DNA of 33,321 nucleotides from Geminicoccaceae bacterium (GCA_036375275.1 DASUSF010000439.1:1-33321); one strand, 5' to 3'; shown: positions 8,538 through 17,752, counted from the first letter of the stretch. Program-made: numbers and translations. The notes: a model not told the origin generated them from the letters alone.

Positions 8538-8575
8538 GACGGGGTGAGGGTGGGCATGGACTACGGCACCTGGTC

Positions 8576-9922
8576 CTAGACGTTCAGGAGCAGATGCTCA
8601 CGCTCCCACGAGCTTATAACGCGCTGGTAGGCCTCGTGCTCCACCTCCTTGACCATGATCAGCGCTTCGACGAAGTCTTCGCTGAACAGCTGGCGCAGAG
8701 GTTTCGCCCGGCGCAGCTGGTCGAGCGCCTCGGACAGGTAGCGCGGCAGGGTCTGGGCGAGCCGGTAGGCGCTGCCATCGATCGGCCTGGTCGGCTCCAG
8801 CTCCTCGACCATGCCGAGATAGCCGCAGGCGAGCGAGGCGGCGATCGCGAGGTAGGGGTTGGCGTCAGCGCCGGCGACCCGGTTCTCGACCCGGCGCGAG
8901 CTCGGCGGCGCGTCGGGCACCCGGAGCCCGACGGTCCGGTTGTCCCACCCCCAGTGCAGGTTGATCGGCGCGTCCGAATGCTTCCTGAGCCGGCGGTAGG
9001 AATTGACGTTCGGCGCGAGCAGCGGCATCGCCGCGGGCAGGAAGCGCTGCAGGCCCGCGATGTGCTGGAGGAAGAGCGGGCTGTTCTGGTCGCCCTGGGC
9101 GAAAAGGTTGTGCCCGCTGGCCTGGTCGAACACGCTCTGGTGGATGTGCATGGCGCTGCCCGGCTCGCCGGCCATGGGCTTGGCCATGAAGGTGGCGTAG
9201 ATGCCGTGCTTGAGCGCCGCCTGGCGGAGCGTCCGCTTGAACAGGAAGGCCTGGTCGGCGAGCTCGAGCGGATCGCCGTGGTTGAAGTTGATCTCCATCT
9301 GCGCCGCCCCGGCCTCGTGGGTCAGGGTGTCGATGTCGATCTCCTGCGCCTCGCACCAGTCGTAGACGTCCTCGAAGATCGGATCGAACTCGTTGACCGC
9401 CTCGATGCCATAGCTCTGGCGGGCGGACTCGGGGCGCCTCGACCGCCCGATCGGCGGCTCCAGCGGATAGTCCGGGTCCTCGTTGATCTTGGTCAGGAAG
9501 AACTCGAGCTCGGGCGCGACCACCGGCCGCCAGCCCCGCCCCGCGTACGCTTCCAGCACCCGGCGCAGCACCTGGCGGGGCGCCATCGAGACCGGCGTCC
9601 CGTCGTGATACACGCAGTCGCAGATGACCTGGGCGGTCGGCTCCTCGTACCAGGGCACGAGGCGCACCGAGCGCGGGTCTGGCCGCATCCGCACGTCGCG
9701 CACCGCCGGGTCGGTCACCCGGTCCTGCTGCGGATCGGGATAGTCGCCGGTGACCGCCTGGACGAACACCGCCTCGGGCAGCCGGAGGCTGTCGTCCTTC
9801 AGCGAGCGGACGAACTTCGTGGCCGGCAGGATCTTGCCCCGGGCGATTCCGTTCAGGTCGGCGACGAGGCATTCGACCTCGGTGACCCTACGCTCCCGGA
9901 GCCAGGACTCCATGTCGCTCAT
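8576..9922 (-). CDS. glutamine synthetase family protein, gamma-glutamylpolyamine synthetase-like (PuuA/SpuB type)
   Basis: The product reads MSDMESWLRERRVTEVECLVADLNGIARGKILP...TFMAKPMAGEPGSAMHIHQSVF...NSYRRL...WGWDNRTVGLRVP, which are glutamine synthetase catalytic-domain motifs. The start is chosen at ATG 9922; in-frame alternatives are 9943 and 9913. It overlaps the upstream gene by about 35 nt. Confidence 0.85.
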   Translation of the reverse strand: MSDMESWLRERRVTEVECLVADLNGIARGKILPATKFVRSLKDDSLRLPEAVFVQAVTGDYPDPQQDRVTDPAVRDVRMRPDPRSVRLVPWYEEPTAQVICDCVYHDGTPVSMAPRQVLRRVLEAYAGRGWRPVVAPELEFFLTKINEDPDYPLEPPIGRSRRPESARQSYGIEAVNEFDPIFEDVYDWCEAQEIDIDTLTHEAGAAQMEINFNHGDPLELADQAFLFKRTLRQAALKHGIYATFMAKPMAGEPGSAMHIHQSVFDQASGHNLFAQGDQNSPLFLQHIAGLQRFLPAAMPLLAPNVNSYRRLRKHSDAPINLHWGWDNRTVGLRVPDAPPSSRRVENRVAGADANPYLAIAASLACGYLGMVEELEPTRPIDGSAYRLAQTLPRYLSEALDQLRRAKPLRQLFSEDFVEALIMVKEVEHEAYQRVISSWEREHLLLNV

Positions 9923-10700
9923 CTGACGCCTTCGCGCGCGCATACGCCCGGCAGGCTTCGCCGAACGCGGCGAACAGGCGGCGCGAGATGGGGTTGTCGA
10001 GCACCCGCCATTCCGGATGCCACTGGACGCCGAGGGCGAAGCCCCGGCCGCCGGCGACGCTCACGGCCTCGATGGTGCCGTCGTCGGCCTGCGCCTCGAT
10101 CACCAGCCGCCCGGCCGGCCGGTCGATCCCCTGGGCGTGCAGCGAGTTGACCTCGATCTCCTGCGCGCCGTCGAGGATCGTCTGCAGCAGCCCGCCGGGC
10201 GTGAGCGTGACCCGGTGGACCGGCCCGTATCGCTCGGCTGCGGGACGGGTCTTGTCGGAGCGGTGGTCGCGGCGCCCGGCGATCTCGTGGACGTGCTGGT
10301 GCAGGCTGCCGCCGAGGGCGACGTTCAGCTCCTGGATGCCCCGGCAGATCGCGAACAGCGGGACGCCCCGCTCCAGCGCGCGCCGGATCAGCGGCAGCGT
10401 GGTCGCGTCCCGCGCCGGATCGGCGATGTCGTCCGCGCGCGCCGCCGGCCCGCCGTAATGCTGCGCGCCGACGTTGGACGGGCTGCCGGTCAGCATCAGC
10501 CCGTCCAGCCGGTCGAGGACGAGGTCGGGATCGAGCCGGGCCCCGAGCGCCGGGATCACCAGCGGCAGACCCCGGGCGCCATCCAGCACCGCATCGACGT
10601 ACTTGTCGCCGGCCTGATGGAAGTGGAAGTGGTCGCGCGGGACGAGGCACGCCGGCACGCCGACCGATGGCCAGGAGGCGTCGAGATCGGAGGGCTGCAT
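9888..10700 (-). CDS. class I glutamine amidotransferase-like hydrolase (peptidase C26; PuuD/SpuA-type gamma-glutamyl-GABA hydrolase)
   Basis: The 270-aa ORF reads VGVPAC...KYVDAVLDGARGLPLVIPA...LMLTGSPSNV...LFAICRGIQELNVALGGSL...GVQWHPE, with the Cys-His nucleophile-elbow pattern of the family. Confidence 0.85.
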   Translation of the reverse strand: MQPSDLDASWPSVGVPACLVPRDHFHFHQAGDKYVDAVLDGARGLPLVIPALGARLDPDLVLDRLDGLMLTGSPSNVGAQHYGGPAARADDIADPARDATTLPLIRRALERGVPLFAICRGIQELNVALGGSLHQHVHEIAGRRDHRSDKTRPAAERYGPVHRVTLTPGGLLQTILDGAQEIEVNSLHAQGIDRPAGRLVIEAQADDGTIEAVSVAGGRGFALGVQWHPEWRVLDNPISRRLFAAFGEACRAYARAKASDERHGVLAPGA

Positions 10701-10952
10701 CCCGCGTTTCTAGTCGAGCGGCGCACGGCCGACAAGCGCGGCCCGGCCGGGCCGGATGCGCATCGCGCCGCCGTACGGGCCGCGGAACGGGGCGGCCGGG
10801 TGGCGCGTCTGGACCACCAGCCCATCAGGAAGGGCATGCGGGAGGCGTGGGCCCGGCTCATCCCGGGTCCGGCGACTCTGCCGAGGGCGGCCGACGCCCG
10901 CCCAGATGCGCCGGGGTCTGGCGGCCGGCGCCACCGATCCCACATCTCCGAC

Positions 10953-11789
10953 ATGGATCTCGAGACCCTGGCCTGGTTCAAGACCCTGCTCGTCTGCGGC
11001 GTGCTGGCGGTCTTCGTGGTCTACGAGCGGCTCCGGCCGGCGGCCGAGAGCCCGCTCCTGGTCCGATTCGGGCGCGCGAGCCGGGACGCTTGGCGGCGTC
11101 TTGCGCGGAATGCCGGGCTGTTCAGCCTGAACCTCCTGGTCTCGCCGCTGATCGTGCTGCCGGTCACGGTCTTCGCTGGCAGCTTCGAGGTCGGGCTGCG
11201 CCCGGCCTGGTGGTCGGGATGGCCGGGGCTGCTGCTCGATCTCGTGCTCCTCGATTTCTGGATCTACTGGTGGCACCGGGCCAACCACGAGATTCCGCTG
11301 CTCTGGCGCTTTCACCGGGTCCATCACCTGGACGAGATGCTCGACACCACGACCGCGCTCCGCTTCCACTTCGGCGAGGTCGCGCTCTCGGCGGTGGTCC
11401 GGGCGCTGGTGATCATCGTCTTCGACCTCCCGCTCGCCTCGGTCGTGGTGTTCGAGGCGCTGGTCCTGGCGTGCGCCATCTTCCACCACAGCGACGCCCG
11501 GCTGCCGGAGGGGCTGGAGCGGCTCCTCGCCCGGGTGATCATCACGCCCTCGATCCACTGGGTGCACCACCACGCGATCCGAAGCGACACCGACAGCAAC
11601 TACGGCACCATCTTCAGCTTCTGGGATCCCCTGTTCCGCTCGCGCAGCCTGACCCGCAGGTGGGCGACGATGCCGATCGGGGTCGAGGGGATGCGCGACC
11701 GGCCGCTGCTCCGCCTCCTGGTCAGCCCGTTCGGGCGTCAGGGCCGGGCGCCGGCGAAGCCCGTGGGCCCGGCCTCGATCCGGAGGTAG
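10953..11789 (+). CDS. sterol desaturase / fatty acid hydroxylase superfamily membrane protein
   Basis: In-frame ATG at 10953 (MDLETLAWFKTLLVCGVLAV...). Three His boxes are present: WWHRANH, HRVHH and HWVHHH, within multiple hydrophobic helices. The 590-aa track ORF upstream is antisense read-through. Confidence 0.8.
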   Translation: MDLETLAWFKTLLVCGVLAVFVVYERLRPAAESPLLVRFGRASRDAWRRLARNAGLFSLNLLVSPLIVLPVTVFAGSFEVGLRPAWWSGWPGLLLDLVLLDFWIYWWHRANHEIPLLWRFHRVHHLDEMLDTTTALRFHFGEVALSAVVRALVIIVFDLPLASVVVFEALVLACAIFHHSDARLPEGLERLLARVIITPSIHWVHHHAIRSDTDSNYGTIFSFWDPLFRSRSLTRRWATMPIGVEGMRDRPLLRLLVSPFGRQGRAPAKPVGPASIRR

Positions 11790-13072
11790 GCGACGGCGAG
11801 CCAGGCGCCGCGCCAGGCCATGAAGATCAGGAAGGCGATCCAGAGGCCGTGGTTGCCGAGGGTCGGCACCAGGGCCACCGCGGCCGCGGCGAAGACCAGG
11901 AAGGCCAGGATCATGCCGTCGCGCATCACCTCGGTCCGGGTCGCGCCGATGAACACGCCGTCGAACAGGAAGGCCCAGACCGAGATCACCGGCAGCGCGA
12001 CGACGTAGGGCAGGTACGGAAAGGCCTGTGCGCGGACGGTCTCGATCGTCGTCATGCCGCGGACCACGAGCTCGCCGAACAGCAGGAAGGCGAGCGCGAG
12101 TGCGAGCGCGAGGCCGAGCGCGAGGCCGGCGTTGGCGGCGATCGCCGCCCGCACCCCGGCGCGGTCGGCCCGCCCCACCTGGCGCCCGACCATCGCCTCG
12201 GCGGCATGGGCGAAGCCGTCGAGCACGAACGCCGCGAGGGTCTGGAGGTTGAGCAGGATGGCATTGGCGGCGAGCACGCCCTCGCCGAGCCGGGCGCCGA
12301 TGGCGGCGAAGGTGATGAACCCGGCCTGGAGCGCGAGGCTGCGCACGAAGATGTCGCGGTTGACCCGGATCATCCGCCCGAAGCCGCCGGCGCGGACCAG
12401 CGCCGGAAGCGGCGTGAAGCGGCCGTCGACGCCTCGAAGCGCGCGCCGCACCAGGACCAGCGCAAGGGCCAGCCCGGCGTACTCGGCCGCCACCGTCGCC
12501 AGCGCGACTCCCGCGGTGGCGAGGCCGAAGCCGAGCACCAGCAGCAGGTCGAGGGCGATGTTGATGCCGTTGACCACGATCATCAGGAGCATCGGCCCGC
12601 GCGCGTCCTGCAGCCCGAGCAGCCAGCCGAGCACGACCAGGCCGAGGAAGCCCGCCGGCACGCCGAGCAGCCGGATGCCGAGGTAGGTGCGGAGCCCGGC
12701 ATCGACGTCCGGGCTGGCGCCGAAGAGCGCGCTCGCGGCGAGGACCAGGAGCGGCCCGAGGACCAGCAGGCCCAGCGCGAGGCCGCCGGCGAGGAGCAGG
12801 CCGCGCCCGAGGAGGTCGCGCACGCCCTGGCCGTCGCCCCGCCCCCAGGCCTGCGCGACCAGCCCGGTCGTGCCCATGCGCAGGAACACGAAGGCGAAGT
12901 GGATCAGGTTGAAGGCGGCGCTGCCGGCGGCGACCGCGCTCAGGTGGTGCGGCGAATCGAGATGGCCGAGCACCGCGGTGTCGGTCAGCCCGAGCAGCGG
13001 CACGGTGACGTTGGAGAGGATCAGCGGCCAGGCAAGCCGCCAGGCCTCGCGATGCGCGCTCAACGCGGCCAC
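11738..13072 (-). CDS. MATE family efflux transporter (DinF-like)
   Basis: The 444-aa ORF has a GTG start at 13072 and begins REAWRLAWPLILSNVTVPLLGLTDTAVLGHL..., the canonical MATE N-terminus. About 12 hydrophobic segments are visible. Confidence 0.85.
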   Translation of the reverse strand: MAALSAHREAWRLAWPLILSNVTVPLLGLTDTAVLGHLDSPHHLSAVAAGSAAFNLIHFAFVFLRMGTTGLVAQAWGRGDGQGVRDLLGRGLLLAGGLALGLLVLGPLLVLAASALFGASPDVDAGLRTYLGIRLLGVPAGFLGLVVLGWLLGLQDARGPMLLMIVVNGINIALDLLLVLGFGLATAGVALATVAAEYAGLALALVLVRRALRGVDGRFTPLPALVRAGGFGRMIRVNRDIFVRSLALQAGFITFAAIGARLGEGVLAANAILLNLQTLAAFVLDGFAHAAEAMVGRQVGRADRAGVRAAIAANAGLALGLALALALAFLLFGELVVRGMTTIETVRAQAFPYLPYVVALPVISVWAFLFDGVFIGATRTEVMRDGMILAFLVFAAAAVALVPTLGNHGLWIAFLIFMAWRGAWLAVAYLRIEAGPTGFAGARP

Positions 13073-13142
13073 CCGATGCGGTAGCGCCGGCGAGGCTCCC
13101 GCCGGCGCCGGCCGACCGGCCGATCGCCCGCCGGAGCAGCCG

Positions 13143-15404
13143 TCAGTTGACGTAGTACTTCCGGTAGTAGCCCTGGTAGTAGCCGCTGTCGGCGTAGCCG
13201 TAGCGGGCGTGCTTCTTGACGTCGACGCGGGAGATCACGACGCCGGCGATGTCGGCGCCCGCTTCGACCATCTGCCGGATCCCGGCCATGATGACGTTGC
13301 GCGGCGTCTCGGCCCAGCGCACCACGTAGATCGACTTGTCGACCAGCCCGGACAGGGTGAAGCTGTCGGACACCGCGGCGATCGGCGGCGAGTCGATGAT
13401 CACGAGGTCGTAGTACGCCGACATCTCCTCGAGCAGGATGCGCATGGTCGAGGAGCGGAACAGGTCGGGCGGGCTGACCACGCCGACCCCGGCCGGCAGG
13501 AAGTCGAGCCCGGACTTCTCGTCCCGCTTGATCGCCGCCTCCGGGTTGGCGCGACCGGTCAGGACCTCCGACAGGCCGTTCTGGTTGGCGAGGCCGATCA
13601 CCTCGTGCAGCCGCGGGCGGCGGAGGTCGGCGTCGATCAGGATCACCTTGAGCCCCGAGCGCGCCGACTGCCGGGCGAGCGCGGCGGCGATCGTCGACTT
13701 GCCCTCGAGCGGCACCGAGGAGGTGACCAGGATGGTCTTCGGCGGCCGGCCGTTCTCGCTCAGGAACAGGCTGGTCCGGATCCGCTGCAACGCCTCGGCG
13801 AACGCCGAGTTCGGCCGTTGCAGGACGTAATCCTCGGCGGGAATGCCCTGGGTGTCGCGCCGGCTCAGGTCCGGGACCAGCGCCAGCGCCCGGGTGCCGA
13901 GCGCGCTCTGCACCTCGTCGGCGCTTCTGAACCCGTAGTCGGAGTCCCAGCGCTCGATCGCGAACACCAGGATCACGCCGATGACCAGAGAGCCGGCGAA
14001 GGCGATCAGGATCAGGAGCGCCTTCTTCGGATGCGAGGGGCTGGTCGGCACATCCGCCGTGGACAGGACGCGGGCGTCCGCCTCCTGCAGCTCCTGCTGC
14101 TCCATGATCTCGTGGAAGCGGGTGAGGAAGGTCTGGAACATCTCCCGATTGGTCTCCGCTTCCCGCGTGAGGTTGCGCAGCCCCACTTCCGCCAGCTGGA
14201 TGTCGGTGGCGTCGGTCTGCAGGTTGGCGAGGCTCGCCCGGATCTCGGTCTCACGCGCCCGCGCCACCGCGACCTCGTTCTGCAGATCCTGGACGATGCG
14301 GTCGACCTCGTCCTGCATCTTGGCGCGCACGCTCTCGAGGTCGCTGCGGAGGTTGACCATCGCCGGGTGGCGCTCGCCGAACTCGCCCGAAAGCTCGGAG
14401 ATCCGCCGGATCACCGTGGTCTCCTGCTCGCGCAGCGCCGCCATGAGGGGCGAGGACAGCACCTTGGCCGCCGCCTGCCCGCCGCCCGCCCCGTTGAGCA
14501 GCGAGCGCACCTGGCTCAGGCGGGCCTCGGCCTCGGCCCGCTGCGCCTGCGACAGGGCCAGCTGGGTGTTCAGCTGGGTCAGCTGCATGGTGACCGGGTT
14601 GTTGTTCTCCGTCTCGACGATGTTGTTGCGCGAGCGGTACTCGACGATCTTGGCTTCGGCTTCCAGAACCTGGCCGCGCAGCTCCTCGATCCGCTCGCCC
14701 AGCCACTCGGTCGCCCGCTCCGAGGCCGCGAACTTCGCCTCGATCTGCGTCACCAGGTACTGCTCGGCGAGCGCGTTGGCGAGACTCGCCGCCTTCTGCG
14801 GGCGTTCGGAGGTGACGGTGAGCGAGATGACGTAGGAGCGGCCGACCTGGGCGGCTTCGACCCGGCTTCCGAGAGCGCTGACCGTGCGGTTGAGCGCGAC
14901 CTGCTCGGGGTCCATGGCGGGCTCGACCGGCCCCTCCTCGCCGCCGCTGGCGAAGAGGTAGTCCAGCCAGTGGTCGGGGATGTAGGCGAACGGGTTCAGG
15001 GCGGCGAGCGGCGAAGGCCCCTCGTCCCGGAGCGCGGCGTTGAACTCGGGGTCGGCGGTGAGATTGAGCTCCTGCGCGGCGCGGCGGAGGAATTCGCGCG
15101 AGTTGAGCAGCTCGATCTCGCTCTCGATGGTCGCGGCGTCGGCGATCATCTCCTCGACGACGCCGTCGATCTGCACCACCTGCGCGTCCCGGTTCTTGAC
15201 GTGGAGCAGCGCCTCGGCGGTGTACAGCGGGGTCGCCCGGTTGACGTAGACGAAGGCGCCTGCGGTCGCCAACAGGACCACGGCCAGCAGAACCCATTTC
15301 CGGCGGAGCAGCGCGCGCCACAGCTCCCGGAGGTTCAGCTCCCTTTCGTGGTCCTGCTCGATGACGTTGCCGCCGCCGATCAGACGGATCGCTTCGTTCG
15401 CCAT
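13143..15404 (-). CDS. polysaccharide biosynthesis tyrosine autokinase / chain-length determinant (Wzc/ExoP/GumC family)
   Basis: ATG at 15404 (MANEAIRLIGG...LNLRELWRALLRRKWVLLAVVLL). A long coiled-coil periplasmic region and a second transmembrane helix follow. The cytoplasmic P-loop domain has LVTSSVPLEGKST, VILIDADLRRP and DLVIIDSPP, and the tail is Tyr-rich (YGYADSGYYQGYYRKYYVN). Confidence 0.9.
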   Translation of the reverse strand: MANEAIRLIGGGNVIEQDHERELNLRELWRALLRRKWVLLAVVLLATAGAFVYVNRATPLYTAEALLHVKNRDAQVVQIDGVVEEMIADAATIESEIELLNSREFLRRAAQELNLTADPEFNAALRDEGPSPLAALNPFAYIPDHWLDYLFASGGEEGPVEPAMDPEQVALNRTVSALGSRVEAAQVGRSYVISLTVTSERPQKAASLANALAEQYLVTQIEAKFAASERATEWLGERIEELRGQVLEAEAKIVEYRSRNNIVETENNNPVTMQLTQLNTQLALSQAQRAEAEARLSQVRSLLNGAGGGQAAAKVLSSPLMAALREQETTVIRRISELSGEFGERHPAMVNLRSDLESVRAKMQDEVDRIVQDLQNEVAVARARETEIRASLANLQTDATDIQLAEVGLRNLTREAETNREMFQTFLTRFHEIMEQQELQEADARVLSTADVPTSPSHPKKALLILIAFAGSLVIGVILVFAIERWDSDYGFRSADEVQSALGTRALALVPDLSRRDTQGIPAEDYVLQRPNSAFAEALQRIRTSLFLSENGRPPKTILVTSSVPLEGKSTIAAALARQSARSGLKVILIDADLRRPRLHEVIGLANQNGLSEVLTGRANPEAAIKRDEKSGLDFLPAGVGVVSPPDLFRSSTMRILLEEMSAYYDLVIIDSPPIAAVSDSFTLSGLVDKSIYVVRWAETPRNVIMAGIRQMVEAGADIAGVVISRVDVKKHARYGYADSGYYQGYYRKYYVN

Positions 15405-15803
15405 GCTGTCAACCTTCGCGTCGCCGCCACGCCTGCTGCAGGGGCGCGGCCGCACTGCGGTTCAGGATACGCCGCCCGAGATGCCGGCGCGATCCATACC
15501 AAAAGGAGCGAGCCCGGGGCAATCGAGCGCCGGGGCGTCGCACCAGGGCGCGGCTCGCTCTCATGCGATCCACCACCCGCTCCGACCCGCCGAAACGATG
15601 AACCCCATCGCCAGGAAAACGCCTCATGAGATGCTATCGTCCGAGGCGGGTGGGCCGGCGACCTCCGAGGCGAGGGGGGCCGATCTCAACCAAACCGCGG
15701 ACAATGTGCGTCAAATCTCCGGAAAGTTCAAGATATAGAGAGCCGGCGCCGGTCGATCCACCCGATGATGTGGTCATGCCAGTTGGGGAGCGTGGCTGCA
15801 AGT

Positions 15804-16754
15804 TCAATCCGCACGTGGGTCCATGGCATCCTGCAGGCCATCGCCGAGAAAGTTGAACGAGATCACGGTGAGGAAGATCAGGCAGCCGGGCCAGACCGCA
15901 AGCCCGGGCGCCTGCCAGATCAGCTCCTGCGCGCCGGTGAGCATGTTGCCCCAGCTCGGCAGCGGCGGCTGGATGCCGAGGCCGAGAAAGCTCAGCACCG
16001 ATTCGACCAGGATGACGTTGCCGATCGAGAGCGTCGTCGCGACGATCACCGGCGAGGCGACGTTGGGCAGGATGTGGCGGCGCATGATGGTAAGCGGCCC
16101 GGCGCCGAGCGCTTCCGCGGCGCGGACGAAGTCCTGCTCGCGGAGCGAGAGGGTGGCGCCGCGCACCAGCCGCGCCGTGCCCGTCCAGCCGACCAGGGTC
16201 ACGATCACGAGGATTCGCCAGAGGCTCGCGTCCTCGTCCCGGATCAGCGCTTCGGGGAAGCCGAGCTTGCCGAGGTCGACCGCCGCGAGGACGATCAGCA
16301 GCGGCAGCAGCGGCAGGGCGATCACCGCGTCGACGAGTCGCATCAGGACCGCATCGGTGCGGCCGCCGAGGTAGCCGGCGAGCAGCCCGGCCGCGGTGCC
16401 GATCACCGCCGCCGCGACCGCGCCGGTGAGGCCGACGAACAGCGACACCCGGCCGCCCTCGAGCAGGCGGACCAGCACGTCGCGACCGAGCTCGTCGGTG
16501 CCGAGCGGATGGCGGGCGTCGGCCGGCGCGAAGCGGTTGAGCAGGTCGACCGCGTCCGGGTCGACCTCGAGCAGCCGCGCGACCAGGGGCGCGGCCAGGC
16601 TCGCGAGCAGCAGGACCACCAGCACGCCCCCCGAAGCGACCGCGAGGTGGTGGCGGAGAAAGCGGCGCAGCAGGAGCCGCCCGGGCGACGTCGGGCGGCG
16701 CGCGCTGCCGCGCCCGGCGGCCAGAGCGGCGGCGTGGGCGGGCTCAGCGGGCAT
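15804..16754 (-). CDS. ABC transporter permease, peptide/nickel (DppC/OppC-like) family
   Basis: The 316-aa ORF has the characteristic core region (GRTDAVLMRLVDAVIALPLLPLLIVLAAV ... NVILVESVLSFLGLG). Its start overlaps the upstream permease stop by 11 nt. Confidence 0.9.
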   Translation of the reverse strand: MPAEPAHAAALAAGRGSARRPTSPGRLLLRRFLRHHLAVASGGVLVVLLLASLAAPLVARLLEVDPDAVDLLNRFAPADARHPLGTDELGRDVLVRLLEGGRVSLFVGLTGAVAAAVIGTAAGLLAGYLGGRTDAVLMRLVDAVIALPLLPLLIVLAAVDLGKLGFPEALIRDEDASLWRILVIVTLVGWTGTARLVRGATLSLREQDFVRAAEALGAGPLTIMRRHILPNVASPVIVATTLSIGNVILVESVLSFLGLGIQPPLPSWGNMLTGAQELIWQAPGLAVWPGCLIFLTVISFNFLGDGLQDAMDPRAD

Positions 16755-17700
16755 AGCTGATCCGCGGGTCGAGCGCGGCGTACACCATGTCGGCGCCGAG
16801 GTTGGCGAGCAGGGTGACGAGGGTCGCGAACAGCAGGCCGACCAGCGCGAGGTTGAAGTCGTTGCCCATCACCGCGTCGTAGATCAGCTTGCCCATGCCG
16901 AGGTGCGCGAACATGGTCTCGACCACGAGCGCGCCCGAGAACAGGGTGCCGAAATCGAGCGCGAGGATGGTCACCACCGGGATCATGGCGTTCCTGAGCG
17001 CGTGGCCGGTCAGCACGACCCGAAAGCTCAGGCCCTTGGCGCGCGCCGTGCGCACGTAGTCGGCGCGGAGCGTCTCCAGCATCGCCGCGCGGGTGAAGCG
17101 GACCAGGCTCGCGGTCGACACGATGCTGAGCGTCATCACCGGCAGCACGAGGTGGCGCAGCCGGTCCAGCCAGCCGGCCCCGGCGCCGGCCGAGGTGCCG
17201 CTCGCCGGCAGCCAGCCGAGCTCGACCGCGAACAGCAGGATCAGCAGCAGCGCCAGCCAGAACGAAGGGATCGAGAACCCGGCGAAGGCGAACAGGTTGA
17301 TGCCGTAGTCGAGCCACGAGCGGGGACGGGCCGCGGCGAGCATCCCGGCCGGCAGAGCCACCAGCAGGGAGATCAGGAAGGCCGCCCCCATCAGCAGGCA
17401 GGTGTTGGCGAGCCGCGGCAGGAGCACGTCGAGCACCGGGACCGCGTACAGGCGCGAGAACCCGAAGTCGCCCTGAAGCGCGGCCACGAGCCAGTTCGCG
17501 TACCGCTCGAGCAGCGGCCGGTCCAGCCCGTAGAGCGCCTTCAGGCGCGCGACATCGGCCGAGGTCATGTTCGGGTCGCCGCTCGCCATCAGGTCGATCG
17601 GGTCGCCCGGCATCAGGCCGAGCAGGACGTAGACCACCAGCGACATGACGAGCAGGACCAGCCCGGCGCCGAGCAGCCGCCGGATCAGGAAGCTCAGCAC
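16744..17700 (-). CDS. ABC transporter permease, peptide/nickel (DppB/OppB-like) family
   Basis: GTG start at 17700. The product reads (M)LSFLIRRLLGAGLVLLVMSLVVYVLLGLMPGDP...YVRTARAKGLS...HALRNAMIPVVT, typical DppB-type motifs. Confidence 0.9.
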   Translation of the reverse strand: MLSFLIRRLLGAGLVLLVMSLVVYVLLGLMPGDPIDLMASGDPNMTSADVARLKALYGLDRPLLERYANWLVAALQGDFGFSRLYAVPVLDVLLPRLANTCLLMGAAFLISLLVALPAGMLAAARPRSWLDYGINLFAFAGFSIPSFWLALLLILLFAVELGWLPASGTSAGAGAGWLDRLRHLVLPVMTLSIVSTASLVRFTRAAMLETLRADYVRTARAKGLSFRVVLTGHALRNAMIPVVTILALDFGTLFSGALVVETMFAHLGMGKLIYDAVMGNDFNLALVGLLFATLVTLLANLGADMVYAALDPRISYAR

Positions 17701-17752
17701 GCCAGGGGGCTGCCGGACGTCATGGGGGCGACGCTGCGCGGTGTTCGGAAGA

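Noticed and set aside
11738-11789. The 52-nt convergent overlap of the sterol-desaturase-family and MATE genes, as a possible antisense regulatory arrangement.
   Set aside because: Both 3' tails are poorly conserved-looking and stop codons are rare in such GC-rich DNA. The overlap most likely reflects late stops rather than a designed feature, and the sequence gives no supporting signal.
12687-15629. Very long ORFs on the strand opposite to, or out of frame with, recognisable genes. Examples are the 980-aa ORF at 12687-15629 (+), 10667-13084 (+), 8204-10150 (+), 5618-7048 (+), 17645-19549 (+), 31845-33314 (-), 27561-29624 (+) and 22216-23745 (-).
   Set aside because: Their translations are Arg/Pro/Gly/Ala/Asp-rich low-complexity strings with no family motifs. 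Each overlaps a gene with clear family signatures and proper GC3 bias. Long stop-free antisense frames are expected in DNA this GC-rich.
15405-15803. Remnants of the missing ABC ATPase genes, or a small protein gene, in the gap after the second permease (ORFs 15361-15738 +, 15409-15627 -, 15626-15856 +).
   Set aside because: No Walker A/B or LSGGQ-like strings appear in any frame. The ORFs lack ribosome-binding sites and codon bias, and the interval is too short for an ATPase. It is treated as a non-coding leader.
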